64,000 nt of DNA from assembly GCA_001179505.1 (NCBI GenBank), contig CDMY01000193.1, positions 109,079 to 173,078 of the forward strand. The letters run 5' to 3'. Positions 60,222 through 64,000 of this stretch are shown one piece after another. This DNA is from Vitrella brassicaformis CCMP3155. Taxonomy: Eukaryota > Protista > Chromerida. The notes under the pieces were generated by a model that was not told where the DNA came from, searched no databases, and was given only the letters and a program-made list of their open reading frames with translations. Position 1 is the stretch's first letter. Each line of letters begins with the position of its first letter. The position numbers and the translations under genes are program-made.

Positions 60222-61452
60222 CTATCCCCCCCTCCCACGCCCTCTTCCTCTCACTCCTTCCTGCTGCGGCGGCGGAGGTGGAGCCCCCCGCCCACCACCA
60301 CCACCAGCAGGCTGTGGCTGGTTGTTGTTGAAGCCGCCCCTGAAGCCCCGACCAGCCGTCGACAGGGAACACTTCTGAGACACCGCACACACACACACAC
60401 ACAAGTGAGAGAGAGGGTGAGATGATGCGGTTCAAGTTCGCTCAGTGAGACTCACTGACGGGGTGTGTGCATTTGAAGCAGCGGAAGTCGCCAGACACAT
60501 TGCCGAAATCAGCCGTAGCATAGTCCATCTGACCACAAGGATGGGGCAAAGGCAAGCTACTGTGGGGTGTGCGCCTGTCCGTCTGTCTGCCTACGGGTGG
60601 GTTGCGGAAGCAGTGCGGGCAGATGTGGTGCGACCTGCCCGTCTCCTCGTTCCTCACACTCAACGCCTACCGACACACAGAGAGAGGGAGACGTTGATCG
60701 TGAGACCGACCGGCCGACACCCTAACCAGACCTGAAAGTGGCAGATGGGGCATCTCTGATTGTGTGCCGTGAGCTGGCCTCTGGATGGCAGCTGCAGCAC
60801 GGTGGGGCAGTTGTTGCTGTAGTTGGTGCACACCAAGTAGCGATCGTCCCTCCTGCGATAGACTGACAGACAGACAGACAGACAGAGGGAGAACCTCACC
60901 ATCGCCGGCCAGCAGCTGTGGTCTGATTCATGTGTGTGTGTGTGCATGTGTGTGTACCTCCGCCCCCTGCCGCCCCACCACGGCCACGACCACGACCACG
61001 ACCGCCCCTGAACAAAATATGCACAGAGACACTCACGCATCCATCACCATAATGTCGGGTGCTGAAGAATGTCGGCTGACCTGCCCCTGCCCCTCCCCCC
61101 TCGCCCCTTGGCAGCAGCCTTGCCGCGACCACCACCACCGCCCCTGCCCCTTCCTCCTCCCGCCGCCCCACCATTGTTGCCAACCGCTCCACCAGCCAAC
61201 ACCGTCTGCAGCACGCACACACACCCCTGTGTGCTCGCGTGTGTGAGCAGTGCTCTCCTGTTTCCCTGCCTGCCTGCCTGCCTGGAGGTCCATCATGCCC
61301 TGGCACAGGCCGCACTGCGAGAACGGCTGCACGTTGCGGCCGGGAGCAGAAGCAGCCCCCCTGCCCCGTCCCCGTGCTCCTGCCTGCGATCGTTCCTGCT
61401 TCCGTATCGCTGTCCTTGTACGCTCCCTCACATGCCCCGCTCGCATCAACAT
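60222..61452 (-). CDS. Stand-alone DNA topoisomerase III-beta-type C-terminal Zn-finger + RGG protein (256 aa, no catalytic core)
   Basis: Seven exons in frame (61452-61282, 61205-61081, 61007-60958, 60862-60732, 60666-60595, 60528-60460, 60374-60222; 771 nt; first intron GC-AG). Motifs: PFSQCGLCQGMM, RYLVCTNYSNNCPTVLQLPSRGQL, RCPICHFQ, HICPHCFRNPP, FRCFKCTHPKC and RGRGRGRGG*. Confidence 0.8.
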
Positions 61453-61537
61453 ATTTACCCATACGTCAAGTCACTTTCATGTCGGAACAGTCAATGAATC
61501 GGTCCCCCTCTTTTCTCATCTTCTGAATATGCACGAA

Positions 61538-62317
61538 TCAGAAGAGTACATCAGAAAAAGTGGGGCAAAAAACCGTCGCATCGGCATCGCGCCACGTCAT
61601 ATGCATCGGCATAAATGGCAGCCACACGAGAACGCTGCAGGCACACACAGATGGTAGAGAGAGACATGCGGAATGTGGGACGTAATAGAGAGAAACATGC
61701 GCGACTGACCAAGTGGTAGCGGCCAGGAGGCAAGTCAGAAGCCTGCAGCGAACGACCCCTTTCTCGCGCCATGACGACATCATGGGCAGGTTTGCCCACC
61801 TGACCATGGCCACGAGGACCATCCCTTCACATGCGCACTCCATCGCAATGATCAGCGCGAGTCCAGTAATCTGGTGTCCGAGGGTGAGAGGCGATGCACC
61901 ATGGACGGCAGAGGCGATCAATATCGCCAGATTAATGTAAAGGAGGGAAGTCATTTCGGCCTGCATACGAATAGACAAAGATGAACAGAGTATTGCAAGC
62001 AATCTTGGCTGAGTATTGTACCAGAGACCACAGACTGATCTGTTCGCACAGAGAGCGCAGGTATCTTGACGGAAGAAATGAACAGTGTGAGACAGAGAGA
62101 AATGCATATGCATGTTCCCCCCATATGAGTACCGTGGTGTGATCTCCAGTAAAGCTAAGGCTGCCTGCAGACTCACAACGTTCTTGCCGAGCCTCGGGTG
62201 TGTTCTGATATAGGCGAGGGCTGCAAACGAGTACGATTTCTGCTGCTGGCGCTGCAGCCCTTCATGACTCTTGGCTGGCTCCTTTTTTGCAGCTATGGGA
62301 TTGTTGTTCTTGAACAA
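61538..62317 (-). CDS. Hydrophobic ORF (cassette gene 2, copy 3)
   Basis: 259-codon ORF homologous to 36860-37650. The upstream part of the + copy has a stop, so the true exon structure is uncertain. Confidence 0.45.
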   Translation of the reverse strand: MFKNNNPIAAKKEPAKSHEGLQRQQQKSYSFAALAYIRTHPRLGKNVVSLQAALALLEITPRYSYGGNMHMHFSLSHTVHFFRQDTCALCANRSVCGLWYNTQPRLLAILCSSLSIRMQAEMTSLLYINLAILIASAVHGASPLTLGHQITGLALIIAMECACEGMVLVAMVRWANLPMMSSWREKGVVRCRLLTCLLAATTWSVAHVSLYYVPHSACLSLPSVCACSVLVWLPFMPMHMTWRDADATVFCPTFSDVLF

Positions 62318-62864
62318 TGTATTGTTGAACCGGGCCTTAAGGAGCCTCTGTATCTGATACAGGGCAAGACACAGCAGGCATCTTTATTCAAGCATCTTTG
62401 TCCACGCCTACCGACAGAAACAACGCAATATCTGATGGACGCACGGATGGACAGAAGCACTCATTAATTCTTCCATCCATTCACACACCTTTCATTCGCT
62501 TGTATATCTCTTAGTGACTGGTAAACTTACGGGTGGGAAGAAGAATATCAAAGATCATGTCAAATCTGAGACAGACAGGCGATGGTGGCATCAGCGAGTA
62601 TGTGGGATTCACGTGGTCTACATTGAGATGAGAATGCTGTAGGCCAGCTTGCTGCTGAGTGTAGGCGCTTCAGCTTGTAGCATCCTGATCGCAACACACA
62701 CAAGATGCGATCATTCGATCAGAAGCACATTCACATGCAGCCCACCGGGGAAAGAGGATGTAAGCTATGGCTGGCAGCGTCATCAGCAGTGGATTGCATG
62801 TCGGAAGTCCCTCCTGAAGCACAACAGTCACCATCAAAGCGAATTCCCTGCTGCGTTTGTGGCT

Positions 62865-64000
62865 CTAGCTCTCACATGAAAGTACCTTAATGGATCGTAC
62901 CACCTTGTTGCAAATCCCTGCGGCAGGTAGGAAGGCACTAAGATGAATTACAGCCATATGAAACCTTCTCTCCGGATTCGCAGAAGCGTATCGAGGAGAG
63001 AGAAAATTAACCCATATGACTTTCATAGTGTACGCGATCACAAAAGCTGCCGTGGCCCTCATTGCATATTCCCGTGGTGCTGCAATCTTAAGCGACCCAC
63101 TGGCAGCAGTGCGGCGGAAGTATGCGTATGTGGAGACAATTAGAGAGCCCCAGACCGCAAAAAGAACGAGAAAGATAATCTCTCTTCCCCAGTGGCTCTC
63201 CAAGTGGTAGTGGTTTGCAAGCGATATTATAAGAGAAAGCGCCAGCGGCGGACTGAAAACGAACCACTCCTTCTTCAGCGCGGTAATCATTCTCCGCGGG
63301 TCAGATCCATCAGTCGTATGTACACAAATCAGCATTACCGCGATAATCAGTGTGATACGGCGAATCACATCGAAGGGGAGCCCAAAAAGTCTCGAAGTAC
63401 ATGAGTGAAAGTAGAGAAAGCTGAGGCCCACAAGGATGATGGCAATAAGCGAAGCGCCGGTCAACTGCAGTAGAATACATCTGGCGGCCCTTTTGATAAT
63501 CAGCAACAGTGGTTCAGGCGTAAAAACCGCACCGACAAGCACTTCAGAGCCGTCCACTGTCTCGTATTCGAGTGTTGTAGGGGCCTCTTCATAAAAGGCT
63601 TCGTATCCCGCGGCCTTTCTGAACGCAAGATACATGCATGCACAGATGTTTTAACAGCGATACGATCTAACCCTGCTGTGCATCTTACCTGAACTCACGA
63701 GCCAACTGGGCTATCGCGCTCTCCTCAGGACGCAGCTCACCCATAGACGAATCCCTCCGGCCGACATCTCCCCCCACGTCTCCGAGACCCTTGTTGCCGT
63801 CGGTGTTGATTGTGGCGCTTCTCTGGCTGGCTGTCACATCGGTGCTCGTGTTCGAGGTGACCGACCCCCGTCTTTCGTCGCCGTGTGCTGCGGTCGTAAT
63901 GCGCTCGCCTAGAGAGACTGCTGTTTTCTTCTGAATCTCATGCTGTTGATCGGACTGTAAGGATGGGGAATCTGATGAGAAACTGGATGAGAGACCTAGG
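62865..64000 (-). CDS. Two-exon multi-pass membrane protein (cassette gene 1, copy 3; 5' end outside window)
   Basis: Exon 1 ends at 63689 with AG|GTAAG, intron 63688-63619, exon 2 63618-62865 in frame (RKAAGYEAFYEE...). Confidence 0.7.

Larger units (their letters stand above)
60222..64000 (-). repeat. Three-gene cassette, copy 3 (inverted; runs off window end)
   Basis: Reverse-complement homology to 33310-38205 across all three genes. Confidence 0.9.

Noticed and set aside
60222-62317. Full-length topoisomerase III gene
   Set aside because: No TOPRIM or catalytic-domain motifs upstream of 61452; that sequence encodes hydrophobic ORFs instead.
1-64000. CRISPR array, rRNA or tRNA genes
   Set aside because: No regularly spaced repeat-spacer array or recognisable structural RNA was seen. 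Short repeats are microsatellites. A covariance-model scan was not run.

Overview
Intron-rich, GC-rich eukaryotic genomic DNA with three 300-N scaffold gaps. The source is most likely a chromerid alveolate (Vitrella-like). This is inferred from microsatellite-filled introns, an apicomplexan-type UBC8 N-terminus and a plastid-targeted Z-ISO. I hand-spliced about 15 host genes: UBE2H/UBC8, a DBH/MOXD1-like copper monooxygenase, DOHH, a PILS/AEC-type transporter head-to-head with Z-ISO, a putative WRKY/GCM1-like Zn-finger protein, a GT4 glycosyltransferase, a STE20 kinase, proteasome beta-6 (PSMB1), a Kelch-BTB protein, a trypsin-like protease, a sushi/TSP1 adhesin and several hypotheticals. The most unusual structure is a roughly 4.2 kb three-gene cassette present three times: twice in tandem on + (33.3-38.2 kb) and once inverted (60.2-64 kb). 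It carries two unknown membrane-protein genes and a fully in-frame 7-exon gene for a stand-alone topoisomerase III-beta-type C-terminal Zn-finger/RGG module with no catalytic core. All family assignments come from motif recognition and manual splicing; no database searches were run. No rRNA, tRNA, CRISPR array or transposase was recognised.
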